Assembly (NCBI GenBank): GCA_036172245.1
Contig: JAYWIR010000015.1
Coordinates: 3,038,001-3,102,000, forward strand
Direction of reading: 5' to 3'
Source: Raillietiella orientalis
Taxonomy: Eukaryota
DNA: 64,000 nt
Shown piece after piece: positions 26,101 through 38,293 of this stretch. The first letter of the stretch is position 1, and every line of letters starts with the position of its first letter. The notes below the pieces were generated by a model. The model was not told the DNA's origin. It did no database searches and saw only the letters and a program-made list of their open reading frames with translations. The translations under genes and the position numbers were made by a program.

Positions 26101-29100
26101 TGGACGGACACACTCCGGCGAGGGGCGCGTGCGGCTGCGGGAAGGAAAAACAAAGAGAGAGAGAGGGGACTGGGGCGGGGGTGAGCGCGCGCCCGAGCGG
26201 GGTGGGGTGTGGTGGACGGCGGGACGAGCCCGCTCCGTGCGGGGCAGGGGAACGCGCGAAGTCACGCACCCGGGAGGCAAAGGCGGAAAGGGAGAGAGGC
26301 GGGGGGGGGGGGAAAGCAAAACAACAGCAGCAACAACAAAAAGAGGTGTCGTGAGAAAAAAGGGGGACGGAGGAGGTGTTGTGAGGACGTCCGACCTTGT
26401 GGCTGTCCATTCCGAAAGGGGGCAGCTAATCCGGTCAGATGCTGCCAAGGGCGCGTCCGCCTTCCTCTCTTCCTGCCCTCCTCGGCACCACCTCGTGTTT
26501 TCTCCCTTTAGCGGGGTCGGACGGGGAGTCCCGGATTCTCTCTCTCCTTCAGCAGCCCTCCGGTTTTCCCTCTCGTCCGCCACCGATCCAGGATAACCCG
26601 TACACCCCGAGGGCCCCTCATCTAGTTGGGGCGCCATGAGTCTCCCCGGCTCAGACTCCCGTCTTGACGGTTCCCACGTTCCTTTAGAGTGTCCCTCGGC
26701 CTATTTCTATTCGAAAATCCCCCTTTATTGAATCTCTGGGAAGAGAGCGAGGGTGCCGTGCGATGGGGAACTGCTTTCGGAATTCTCCACCTCTCTTCTC
26801 CCGATGCAATCGTTCCCCCCAACTGCAGGGCTTCCCTTGGCTCCCTCGCAGCCCAGGGTGGCCGGAAGCCTCGCCAACGACTGCTGCTTTGGCATCTCCC
26901 TCCAATGAAGCCTCCAGGGTTTCCCAGAAGCGCCTGCTCACTCCCCTCTCTTTCCCTCCCTTACTTTTTCCTCAGTCTGGCTCGCCCGGCAGAATCCGAA
27001 CGGGGGAGGAGGCAGTGGGGCGGGATGTGGGAACAGAGATGATGGCAGGAAGAGAAGCGGGACTGAGGGACGGGCAGGGAACGAGGAAGCTGTCGTCCTC
27101 CCAAGAGAGTGGGATGCCCCCTTCATCCCCTTTTTTGCATTCCTCATTCCAGTGTAGGAAGCAAACGACTGGAGGAGAGTCCCCATCCAGCCCTGGAGGA
27201 CACGAGGGACTCTCCCTGCGGTCGCTGTGGTAACTCGCGGTCTGCGACCCGAGGAGACAGGGAAGAGGGAAGGTAGACGGGTGGAATTCGAGTCCCCATC
27301 CGTCCCCTGCATCCTGCATTAAGTCCAGGAAGCTCCTTGCCCCTCCTCCGAGCCTCGTGTTCCGTTGATCTGGAACGGAGCTGGGAATCTTCCCCTCCAG
27401 TAAGGAGGAAACAGCTTCCAGCTCTCTGGACAGAGAGGGCGTTGGCTGTCCACGAGACACCTGAACTGCTCGCGCCCACGATGCTCGCTGAGCGCCATGA
27501 CTGCCTCCTCTCCCTTCCAAGTCCTTCCTTGCGCCCCACTGCGTGCGCGGTCTCGGGATCGATCCATGAATTGACCACCTCTCGAAGGTTCCGGGAAGGT
27601 TCAGGATGCTCCGGACTGGGTGCACAGCCCCTTTCCGAAGTCGGTCCTGAGGAACGCGCTGTGATCGAGGGCTGCCTTCCGAGGCGCGTTCCCTCCGGCT
27701 CGGCAGCAAGCGTCCCGCGGCAGGATCCCTCGGAGAGTGGGAGGGAGGAGAGAAGAGCGCAGAAGCGCCCTGCACTCCACGGAAAGCCTTCTCAAAGCCT
27801 GGGTCACTGGCCGTAAAAGTCTGGAAGGAGCGGACGTAGAGAGGAAGCAGGCTGCCTCCCTCTCCTCCCTCAGCCCGTAGGGAGGTGGAGGAGCGCTTCC
27901 GGGTCTGTGATACAAGCACCTCTATCACTCCCGGGATATTCCAGGAGGATGAGATCGGAAGGGAAGCCTGCTTGGTGCTAGAGGGCGAGCACTTGGTGCG
28001 GAGACGGCAGCTTCGAAGGGAGATCGCCTCCTCGGAAACCTCTCCTTGGCGAGTTGCGCTCCTCGGTTCGGAAAGAGTGCTCTGGGACGTGCCGGTCCCG
28101 GAGCTTTGCCGCCTCCTTTCCGGGAGGATGCTTCTCCCTGGCGATACGGAGGACAAGGCGTCTACCGCCGGAGCATCTCCGGTAATCGTTGCTAAGGATG
28201 TGTTTCTGCGGAGCGCAGGAGAGACGAATCGGCTTTTCGAGATCCACCGCTTCCCTGCTTGCATGGAACGGATCGAGGGAGCGAACGAAGGATCTGCTGC
28301 GGAGGGATCCCATGGAGGAGGAGAAGTCCCTGGATACCATTCCCCTCGACTAGCTACTACGTCGTCCGTTTCCTTGGCAACGGCCTTGGACCAGACCGGC
28401 TATGCGACCTGCCAGCGTAAAGTGAGGTTCCTTGGCTGCTACTCGGAAGAACCTGCGTTGCTATGGCTTTTTCCCCGACCACCCACCTACCTGAGCCCAC
28501 GAAGACCTCATCCCCACGGTTGGGATAGGCAGGAGCTTCCTCAAAGGAGGACACACCGACTCGGTGGGCCATGCGGGAGGGATGCCGTCCTCCAGTTTCC
28601 ACAAGTCTCCCCTATACACACTCTGATTCCGGAGTTTCCCACAGAACTCACGTCCCCTTATTCTCTCCTCACTCACTCCCGGTGCTACATTCCTAGTGCC
28701 CCTGGAGCGATCAACAGCAACGACCTTCTCGCGTGGAGAAGAAGCACCCGCCTCATCTCCCATTCCAGCAGGTCGCAGTTCCCATCCTCTTTCCTCCCGG
28801 CTCCTTTTCGGATGTCGTCCTCGTGGGGTGGGGAGCAGAGCACGCAGTACTCAGCGGCTGTTAGACCACCCCGGGAACAGGTCTGGCAGGCGGTCTGAGC
28901 TCTCTCTTCCCCTCTTCCTCTCGCGGCGAAGGAGCGGGCAGCGACGGCGGCGTTCCCACGCGAGCGCAGCCACCACACCTCCGGGAACACGGGAAAGGCA
29001 GGGGGCGAGTGAAGAGAAAGAGAGGGAGGGAGGGGAGGGGGAGGAGAGCCTCCGCTTCCTCGGAAGCGTGCGTGCCTGGGGTTCTCCTTTCTAGTTCTCC

Positions 29101-32100
29101 TGCCCCACACCCCCTTTCGCCACGCGCCCACTCGCACGAGAGCACAGAGGCGGTCAGTTGCTCCCGGCAGGGAGTCGCGCGTCCGGACCCGTCCTTTGTC
29201 CTCCCGGACTAACAAAGGGCGGCGTCTACCGCGGGAGTGGACGCGAGGACACTCACCGTCCGTCAACGGACGGGCGTCCCGGGAGCGCCCGCTTGGCGGC
29301 GGACCATCGTTCTCCCGTGTTTGCCGTCGAGAGCTGAGTAAACGATCCCGACAGAGACACGTGCCCCCGTGGGAGAAAGGGGGAGGGAGGTGGGGGAGGA
29401 AAAGAAAATCGAAGCTGAGCCTCGAGGACAGCTCGGGGAGGGAAAGGCAGTCGGTTCGACCGCTTCCCCCAGTTGCCCCTACCGGAAAGGAAGGAGGAAC
29501 CGTCGGTCCCCACCTTCTTTCCCCGTGGTCCACTGTGCCCAGAACGGGCATCGGAAATGGGGGAACGAGAGACCTCATATCCTGACGCTGTCCGAAAAAT
29601 GGCGTCCTCCTATCAGTTGGGAAGGGAAGCTCCCCCCCCCTCTCCGAGGCCGAGAGTCTGGTGAGGAAGGAGAATCCCCGGTGAACCCGGCTACTGGAGA
29701 ATAGGTGTGGGAGAGGAAGCGTCCCAGCGCGGGGGATGATGGGGTGGCGCCAAGAGAAAGAGGAAAGCGACGGTCCCGCCACTCCTGCCGCTGCGCAATG
29801 AGAAAGGGAGGATGGAGAGAGCGGAGGTTGGAGTACATACAGGTTCAGGGAATGCCGCGAGATGCTCGTCGCTTGCGGTGTCCCGGGCAGCGCCGAAAGT
29901 CGGGCCGACGGTTGGCAGAAAACGTGCTTTCCTCGGCAGGGGCTCCCTCCTCATCTCCAGGGAGACCGGCTCCAGGAGAGGATCCGAAGGGGGAGGAGTC
30001 CCGCAAACCTTCTTTCCTCCCCTTCCCCTTTGGACGGAAGGGATAGGGGGGGGGGGACGAGGGGATAGCTCTCCTTTGCTTTTGTCCTTCCGCGTTCGCT
30101 TCCCGACCTCCCCTGCAAGGAGGAGGTGATGGGAAGTAGATGGGTCTCTTCCGCTTCCTTGTCTACCCCTTCCTCTTGCGGGAGATGCGGAAGAGAGAGA
30201 CAGCTTCGGTAGGTCCGCATTCCCTCTTCCTCCTCGCTTTTTAGAGGTCTCTAGTTCGAACGAGGGTCGGCGGCGGACGCGGTCTCCCTAGTTCCCCCAT
30301 AGTTCCTCTTCTTTCGCAACAGAGGGAGGAAGGTGGGCTCGCGCCCGATTTTTACGCGTAGGGCGGCCAATGGGGAAATCCAGCACGCGCATTTGGAGGT
30401 GTGGAGGAGGGGAACAGGAGCCGTTCGAGAGCCCTCCGTCTTCCTTTTAGCCTCCCATCCAGTGACGGGAAGCGGAACGGGGAAGGATCAGGAAGCGGGG
30501 AAATTTATGGAGCGAGTCGGCGGGGCGGGAGAAGGGGCGGGAAGAGAAGCGCGCAGAGAAAAGGGAGGGGAGAGAAGCAAAGGCGCGCAGCGCACCAAGG
30601 TGCGTGGAGCCGCGGAGGCATTCCAGGAGCCGGTTCCGGAAGAGGATCCCCCACGCGCAGCCTCCAGGGAAGGAGGGAGGAGAGTGACAGGGTCCTGAGA
30701 GGGCCACCTTTCTCTCCTGCCGTCCCTCTCCTCCTCTCCTTCTTACTCCCAGGATACTGGAAGAGAACCCTAAAAACGCACACGCGGTGCGGGATGCGGT
30801 GGAAGGACTCAAAGGAGGAAACCAGCAGCAGCTGCAGCCACCGGAGGTCATGTCCCTTCTTACCCCTTCGCCCCATCCGACGGTGCTGTCACGTCTGCTG
30901 CCCGCAGCGACCTCTTCCCTCCTCCCTCCATCGTTCCCATTCTGCACTCCCACCTACTCCTATCCCTTCCCTCTCCACCTCCCTTTTCCTCTCGAATCCC
31001 ACTCCCCTCTCTCCCATTCGTCCGTTCCGAAGGAGCGCGCAGATCCCGTCGCCACCAGGGTCGCCGTCAAAGCGGCGGCGGCGGCGGCAGCGCTGGGAGT
31101 CAAAGACGGCCCCCCCAGGCGCTCGTCGTGGGGGTGCTTGGGAAGGCCCATTGTTTGCCCTGGGGAAGGGGAGGGAGGCCGCATCCTAGGGGAAGCGGCG
31201 CGGCCGGGCGAGCGACCGCCTCGCCGGCCATTGTGGCACCCGGAGGGAGACGGCGCCCGTCACGGTAGTCAGCGTTGCTGAATATCCGCCGTCCGCCGGG
31301 AGCGACGCCGGTAGGGGGTGCGGCGGAACCGCTCGAGACGAGCGACCGGGAGCGAGGGGAAGCCAGGAGGAAGGGAGAGGGAGGGAGAATTAGCGGGCGC
31401 GTGCGCGCGCTTCGTTCTGATTTTCAGCATCAACGGGAGGAGGCGCCGTCGGAGGCAGGAAGTGGTGGCTTCCCAGGGAACGTGCGCGGGAGTCAGCCTT
31501 CCGGACCACGTCCGGCCTCCCTCCCGACTTTCCTCCTCCATCCGGGACTGCAGAGCAGGTAGTGCTCGGCGATTTCACTCTTGCGCCCACGAAAGGGGGC
31601 GCCGAAGCTCGTCTACCTGGAAACGGGAAGACGAACTTGGAAGAAGGGAGCCGCCCACCTCCTTGCTCGAAGGCTCGGCCAAGGAATGGCTAGGAGCAAC
31701 AGCAGCACCATGGACGCATCCTCACGGGACTTCCCGCCGCGGGTTGCCGCTCTCTAGAGGTGTCCCCGAGTCTGGGTGGCGCCCCTTGTAGGCGATCTCT
31801 CCCTTCTTTCCCTCCCTTCCTTCTTCGACCTGTATTCCTCGGACTCGCCCTGCACAAAGGTCGGCGAGCTACGACCCCTCCCCTCCCTTTTTTCCGCCGC
31901 TAGCGTCCCTATCCTGGAAGCCGAGCCAGGAAAGTTTTCAGTTTCAGAGAGGGGGAGGGAAAATGCCTGTGAGGAGTTCCTGGGCGAAGATGCTGGAGGG
32001 GGAGCAGAAGAGCGCGCGGTTGCGCCTCCTCCCTTCCCCCTGCAACTGCAGGTGATAAGCAGAATGCTCGGAAAGCATCCCCACCCCATGCAAGATGCAC

Positions 32101-35100
32101 TGCCTAGGACGTTCCCGTTCTGAAGAGAAAAGGAGGAAGCGTGGAAGGATGTGGGGAAGGGAGACGGCGAACGCGCGCGGAGGGACCTCCTCCGCCTATT
32201 ATCGGATTTTCGGGACGTACCAGGGGACCCTCTCCTCCCTCTCCACATACGTCGAAGGAGGGAGACGAAGGAGGAAAGGGAAGTGAGTGGGTGGGTGTTT
32301 CGGGATGGTTTTCGTTCCCTACGGACCCCATGCAATGTTCCCGCGTGCCCTCCCGTGGGGTCAGGGGTGTCCATGAGATCAAGGGGATGGAGGTGGGACG
32401 GATGGTTTCGTCTTGCTTACTCTCCTCCCATCCTCCCTGTGATAGGAAGGAGAAGGGGTAAAAACCCCACCCTTCCTGAAGGGGATGCTTCCTGAGAGGA
32501 GCCGCGGGAATGCAGCAGATCGAGCGTTGCCAAGGGCAACGGAGGCGTTTCACTCAGAGATTCTGTGGCGACTCCCGAGCAGCCGAGCTCGATATCTCGT
32601 TCGTTGGCCCAATTCCAGGAACCTTTCATCCTTCCCCCTTTCCCTTCCTCTCTCCATCGCCGCTCTTTTTCCGCTCCCGTTTCCTTCTCTTCCCTCCCTG
32701 CCGCTCGCCCCGCCTTCATCCCGGATCGTCTCCAGGAATCCTCCGCCAGCAGACGTGCGCCAGAGTCCAGGAAAGCGAGAGGAGGAAGATTCCTTCTTCC
32801 CCTTCTGACGACGGCACCCGTCGCTGCGGCCATGGCCACCATCGTTCGACGGGCCGACGGCGCTCTTGGCGGCGATGCACCCGAATGCGTCCTTCCTTCC
32901 CAGACCCATCCGCCCACGCCTCGCCGCGTCCCCTCCCCTCCTCCTGAAGAAAGCAAAGGAAAGAGCAGCCCACAGTTCCCGAGAAACATAGGGAGTCCTC
33001 CAGCCCCAGGCAACGGAATGGGAACCTCCTATCTCGGTGGCTCCCTGCCGACCTCTTCCTTTCGTTTGTTTCATTCCTCCCTTTTTCTTCACTGGGATGA
33101 AAACCCTTCGTTCCTTTCGCATCCTTCTGGTTCCTTCCGGCACTCCTGGGATTGCCAGCGGAGCCGAAAGCTGCGCCTGTCTTAGAGCTCAGAGAGAGGC
33201 GATGGCGGCGCGGGGGTCTTTCCCCTTACCTCCCTCATTTCCCGCGATCCCGGAGGGTCCTGCCCGGGACTCCTCCCGATGGGGGAGGGGGAAACGATCT
33301 TCTCCCCCTCCCCCCAGCCGAATTGACACTGAGCTGTGGACAGCGCGCATGTCTCGGCACTGTCCTCGCTGTGGAGGCCCGCTGCACCAAACGGGGGGAG
33401 CAACGGGAAGAGCCTCTGTCGACGAGCGTGTCAACCTAAGAGGGGGGGAAAAAGGGAGGGGAAGGAAAGAAAGCATCCTCTCTCTTCCTCCCCCCTCGAC
33501 GCCCCCATCCCTCCAGCGCAGCTTCGCTCCCGATCTTCGGTACGTTTTTAATCGAATTTACTTCGCGCCGACCAGGAGCGGAACGCCCTCCGAGAGGAAC
33601 AAAGCCGGGCGCGGCGCGCGCGCGGCCGCCAGGGATTGATGCGCGAGGAGACGGCAGGTGCGACAGAGGGGACGACGAGGTGCCTCGCTTTCCATGTCCA
33701 CCCCCACTCCCCTCCCCCTCCCCGTCGCGGAAGAGGAGGGTGCTTGGCGCTGGACCGAGAGGACCAGGCGCCGATGGAGGCGGCGGGGAAGAGAGCGGAC
33801 CACCGGGAGCGCGGCCGGCGAACGGAGAGCGTGGGCGGAGGGAACCGGCAAGAAGAGGGCGCTCTGCCTCCGGCGCCCCCGCTGTTGCCCGGTGGCGGCG
33901 GCGGCGGGTCACGAGTGTGCGCGACGGTTCCCGGAGTCAACATCCGCCGGCGTAGAGGTCCTTCCTCCTAGGCTCCGCTGCTGCTGAAAGGAGGAGAACG
34001 CCGAGGCCCGGCAGGTCTCCTCGGGTGGAAGGAAGGGAAAGGGAGCGGGGTCGGGGAGGCGAGGTGAGGGGAGCGCCGCCAGCTCCCGCGCTGACTTCTT
34101 TCCTCCGCGGAGACGCAAGAGAGCCGCGTCCTCCCCGGCAGCGAATCAGCGCGCGACCAGCGAGATCTCCGGCGGCGATAAGCGCGCCCTCAGCGCCGCT
34201 GTCCTTCGCGCTCGGACAGTCGCCCGCCCTCTCCTCCGTCGGTTCGCTTCCCTCTCGGGGAGGAGGGAGGAGGAGGACGAAGAAGGTGGAGGCGGGGGCA
34301 GGCAGGGAAGTTAAAGGAACTCGGAGAGGAGGGGAGCATCGATGAGGGCAGGAGTGAACGTGCTTCCGCAGGAAAGGAGGAAACCTTGGGGTGCCCGCGA
34401 GCAGCAGCGGCGATCAGAGGGGGCGGGGCGTTGCCTCGCGAAGAATCCAGGAGGCTACCGCAGGAGCGTACCGCCTCTTTTTCAGGTGCGCACGCGCTTC
34501 CGCATTCTGGAAACCTCTGGGCCTCTCCCGCCACTCCTGAAACCGAGAATGGGAATTCATCCCCGGGGAGAAGACAGAAACAGCCGACGGGAATGGGGAC
34601 GGCGGCGGTAGGATGAACGACAGGAGGAGCGGGAACAGCGGAGGCAGGAAACCTAGGTAACGAGGCTGCAAGATGAGCAGCAGGAGCCGAAGGGAGGAGG
34701 AGAAAACCCGAAAAGGCGGACGGCAGCTGCCGCCAAGCGGGAGAAAGGAGGCTGGGAGCGAACCAGGACTGGAGGAAACGGGAGGAGCACCGAGAGTCTC
34801 TGCCGTCGAGTCGCCCGTCGCGAGGTCCTTCCTGAGCGCACAGATACCTCCGGGAAGAACTCCCGTGCTCCGAGCCCGTGCTTCGACTTCCGAACGGGAC
34901 GCGCGAAAATCCTATCCGATCCGATTTGACGAGGGTCCCGCCAAGGACCAGCAGGATCCTGGGAGAGGGAGGCGGCAACACGGCGTGGGGGAGCGGAGTG
35001 GCTAGAAGGAAGGCAGCCTGTTGGCAGGAACTCCAGAAGTAGGGCGCCGCCACTGCCCGCCCGAGGGAACCTCCCCCTGGCGGGCGCATCAAGAAACGAA

Positions 35101-37670
35101 CCGTGAAAGGGAGAATGCCGCACTGCGGAACTCCTCCTCCCTTGCAGGATCCTCCGTGCTCTCGGCCTCCCCCCTGTCGACGGACACGTGGCCTGCCACG
35201 CCCTGCCGCGCGATCTACTCCCATCCTGGCGCGGAACGGCGCCAGGATCTCAGGCGCCGCGTCCTGAGGTGCGAGAGCGGGAAGCGAGAACAACCTCCGT
35301 GTCTCTCTCCCGCGTGGGACGGATGGGCTAGCTGGAAGAAAGGAGCAGGGGGGGGGGAGGGGGAAGCAGGAAAGAAGGGAGGGGTATCTCGTTCTCAGCT
35401 GAGCCGCTTCTGCAGAGAAGGGGTGTTACCGCCCTCTCTTGGCCGAGCGGGGGTCGCGCACCCCAACGGAAGAAGGGGGAGAACAGAGAACCGGCATCTC
35501 CCGTGTCAATTCCCGCGGGGGGAGGAGGAGTTCCATGCACGATCAGGATGGGTCCTTACTCTCCTCTCCCATCCCCTTTTCTCTCACACTCTCTATCACT
35601 CGCTTCCCGCTCATCCAGGCGCGTGTTACCAACGCTCCCCCGCGAAGGGTTGAATGACCTCGCCGCGTGCGGGAGAGCAGGAGACGGGTAGGCGATGCCC
35701 GCACCTGAGAGCAAGGCCATGAGCGCAGACCCAGACTGACCTTCGGGATCACGGTGACCCACGGGCTGGGTTTCGCAGGGACGAAAGAAACCCGGGGGGA
35801 CCCTGTTCAACGGGGCGATCCAGCCTCCAGATCAAAAGAAAAAGGTAGGTTCGTCGGAAGGGGGGGGGGGACGCCCACGAGTTCGGGGGAGCTCTCAGGC
35901 ACACCCGGGGGGCAGAGTCATTCCCTCCTTTTCCCCTGTTCTCTTCCCCTTTTCCTCTTCCTTTCTGCCCGCTCCCGATGCTTCCACCACCCTCGCATGC
36001 GAAGCACGGAGGACGGACGGACGCCCCTCCTCCTCTTCCCTCCTCCCCCGTCTTTTGGGAGAGGGCGCGCGCGCGTCCGCTCCCCTCTCTCCCGGAGGAG
36101 GAATCAATAAACAAACAAGGAAACGCTTTTATTAATTATTCGGGCGACAACAGATGGGTTCCCGGTTATCTGGAATTCCCGTCCAGATGCGGCATGCGCA
36201 TCCCCCCATTGTGGCCGAGGCGTCTCCTGGGGTTATTTTTTGAAAGGGACGCCTGCGATAATGCGGAGCCAAATCTGATGGGAAGGGAGGAATGCCGTCC
36301 GCTCGCTTTCCCTGCGGGACGGGAAATCTGGACGTGCCGCAGGTTACCGCGATGACGTCGAGGCCGCCTACGTTATAAAAAACGCATTCTGTTTGTTTTT
36401 TGCCTCCCCTCCCCCTCCGTCTATCATATCCTCCTGTCTATCCCGGCAGCGAGGGGGAGGAGGGAAGTACGCGTGCGCACGCAATCCAGACTCCTGAAGA
36501 CGCGACGCCATTCGGGGGATTTCCTGAACATTTTCCCCCCGCCTTCGGACAAGGACGATCTTTCGGGACGAACGGGGAAGGGAGTGGACGATGGGGGGGG
36601 AGGGAGGGAGAGGGGAGAAGGGAGGAGGGGAAGAACGAACGAGAGGAGTCCTGTGGATAGGTGGGAGAAGCGAGTCTTCTTGAAAGGTGGCGAGCCTGGG
36701 CGAAGGCGGAGGGATGTGGAGGAGTGGGTAATGGGGGGAAGGGCGTCACTCCTGCAATTCGCGGACTCAGGAGAGAGCAGAGATTATAGATCCTCAGAGA
36801 TCACCTCGGAAGGATTTTTCTTTCCCCTTTCGGGACGACACGCCTTCCCACCCCCTCCCTCAAAACCAGGAGCGTTGATGGAGACGACCTGAAGCACCCA
36901 GACGACGTCCCTGGGAGCCAATGCTGGAGAGCGCTGAGGAGGGCGCATCTGGGAGAGAGACGAAGGCTGCTCTCTCCCGCCTCCCCTTGGAGGAAGCCTC
37001 CTCGGCAGACAGCGCTGCCGTCTCCCCACAGGCAGCGGAGGGCGACCCCGGGACGGGCACCGAAGCATCCACATCCGGGGAGGGTGCTCCCCTCCTCTCC
37101 CCACCTCCCTCCCTGCTCGGAAGAGTCGGAGGCTGCCAGCTTCCGTCGTTTCCTTCCCCCGTCCCTCCAGGAGGCTCCGGAAAGGAGGCACGCTTCCCGG
37201 GGCGAAGCCACCGGGAGCCGTGGGAGAGAGTCCCAGCGTGTCCTGGGAAAGTGCGGGCGCGCGCGCCAACGCGGTGATTGATGGAGGCGCGGTGTGGCCG
37301 GGACTCGAGCGAGGGATGGCTGCTGACAGCCATCTGTCAAGGGCGCAGGGGCGGCGGAGACCTCCCGATAACGGGAGCACGCCGGCGCGTCGCCACCGGG
37401 GCTGACGCCCGGGATCGTTTCGCAACTTCCGCCGTGAAGAGGCGCTTCGAGACGGTCCCGCCGCCGGGAAAGGCGTTGCGAAACCGGGAAGGGCGATCGC
37501 ATACGAACGCAGGGAGGCGACTGCTCCTTCCCTCTCCCTCTTCCCCTTGCCGTCCCTCTCCAGCGAGGGCGAACGGAAACAGCAGTGTCCTCCTTCCTGC
37601 GAGCATCCCAGAGCGCCCCAGGCCATAGCGTCTCCCTCTCTTTTTTTTTTTTTTTTTCCTTTTGATCTCC

Positions 37671-37676
37671 TTTATT
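37671..37676 (-). terminator. Candidate Islet polyadenylation signal AATAAA
   Basis: First minus-strand AATAAA I find after the Islet stop (about 470 nt downstream). It sits next to a genomic A-run on the minus strand. No transcript evidence. Confidence 0.4.
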
Positions 37677-38143
37677 TCACACGGGTCGCTTGCCCCGCCC
37701 CCCATCGCGGGGGGGTCAGTCCTGGCGTCCTTCCGAAGGAGGGCGAGTGAAGTCCTCGCCGTGTGCGCCGCCGCGCCCAGGTCCACCGAGGTCTTCGTTC
37801 CCGGGGGCTCACCGGACGAGGCACTCGCGGCGGCAGGAGGTCTTCCTCCTGCTCCTGTCTTCCGTCTGGGCGGGAGCTGGGGCCCTTCCGTGCCGCGGGC
37901 CCCGTCAGCCTCCTCTCCTCGCGCGGGCGCTTCGGTGGGAGCTCCGCACTCCGCCGCCCTCTTTTGAGCCTCTCCCGTTCCTCCCGGGGAGGGTGGCACA
38001 CTGGGTGGGGAGGAGCAGAGAGGGCAAGGAAGGAAGGGAGGAGGGCTGGAGGGAGGGGGATCCGTGAGGTGGCGAGGGCACCTCACCCGCGCCCTCCCAG
38101 GCCAGGCGGGAAGTCTGAAAGCAGGCGGGAACGCCACGCTTTC

Positions 38144-38293
38144 CTACTCGCTACTCGAGCTGGACAGTTCAGAGGGCGTGCTGGGAAAGTGGGAGCTGTG
38201 ATTGGACGGCGGCCCCACGTGCAGGCCCTCGTATCCCGGGTGCAGCTCGCCGCCCATCGGCCTCATCAGGTCCCCGGTGCCGTATCCGTGAAT
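38144..38293 (-). CDS. Isl: Islet terminal coding exon (IHGYGTGDLMRPMGGELHPG...PSTPSELSSSSSE*)
   Basis: Acceptor tcttccag|ATT in phase 0 and stop TAG at 38146-38144. The junction HLVRQ|IHGY resembles the arthropod Tailup HLVNQMHGY motif (from memory). Confidence 0.8.
   Translation of the reverse strand: MHGYGTGDLMRPMGGELHPGYEGLHVGPPSNHSSHFPSTPSELSSSSSE

Noticed and set aside
26972..28898. Overlapping 430-aa and 337-aa ORFs as a retroelement or transposase remnant
   Set aside because: No reverse-transcriptase, integrase, gag or DDE motifs are visible; composition is that of GC-rich non-coding DNA.
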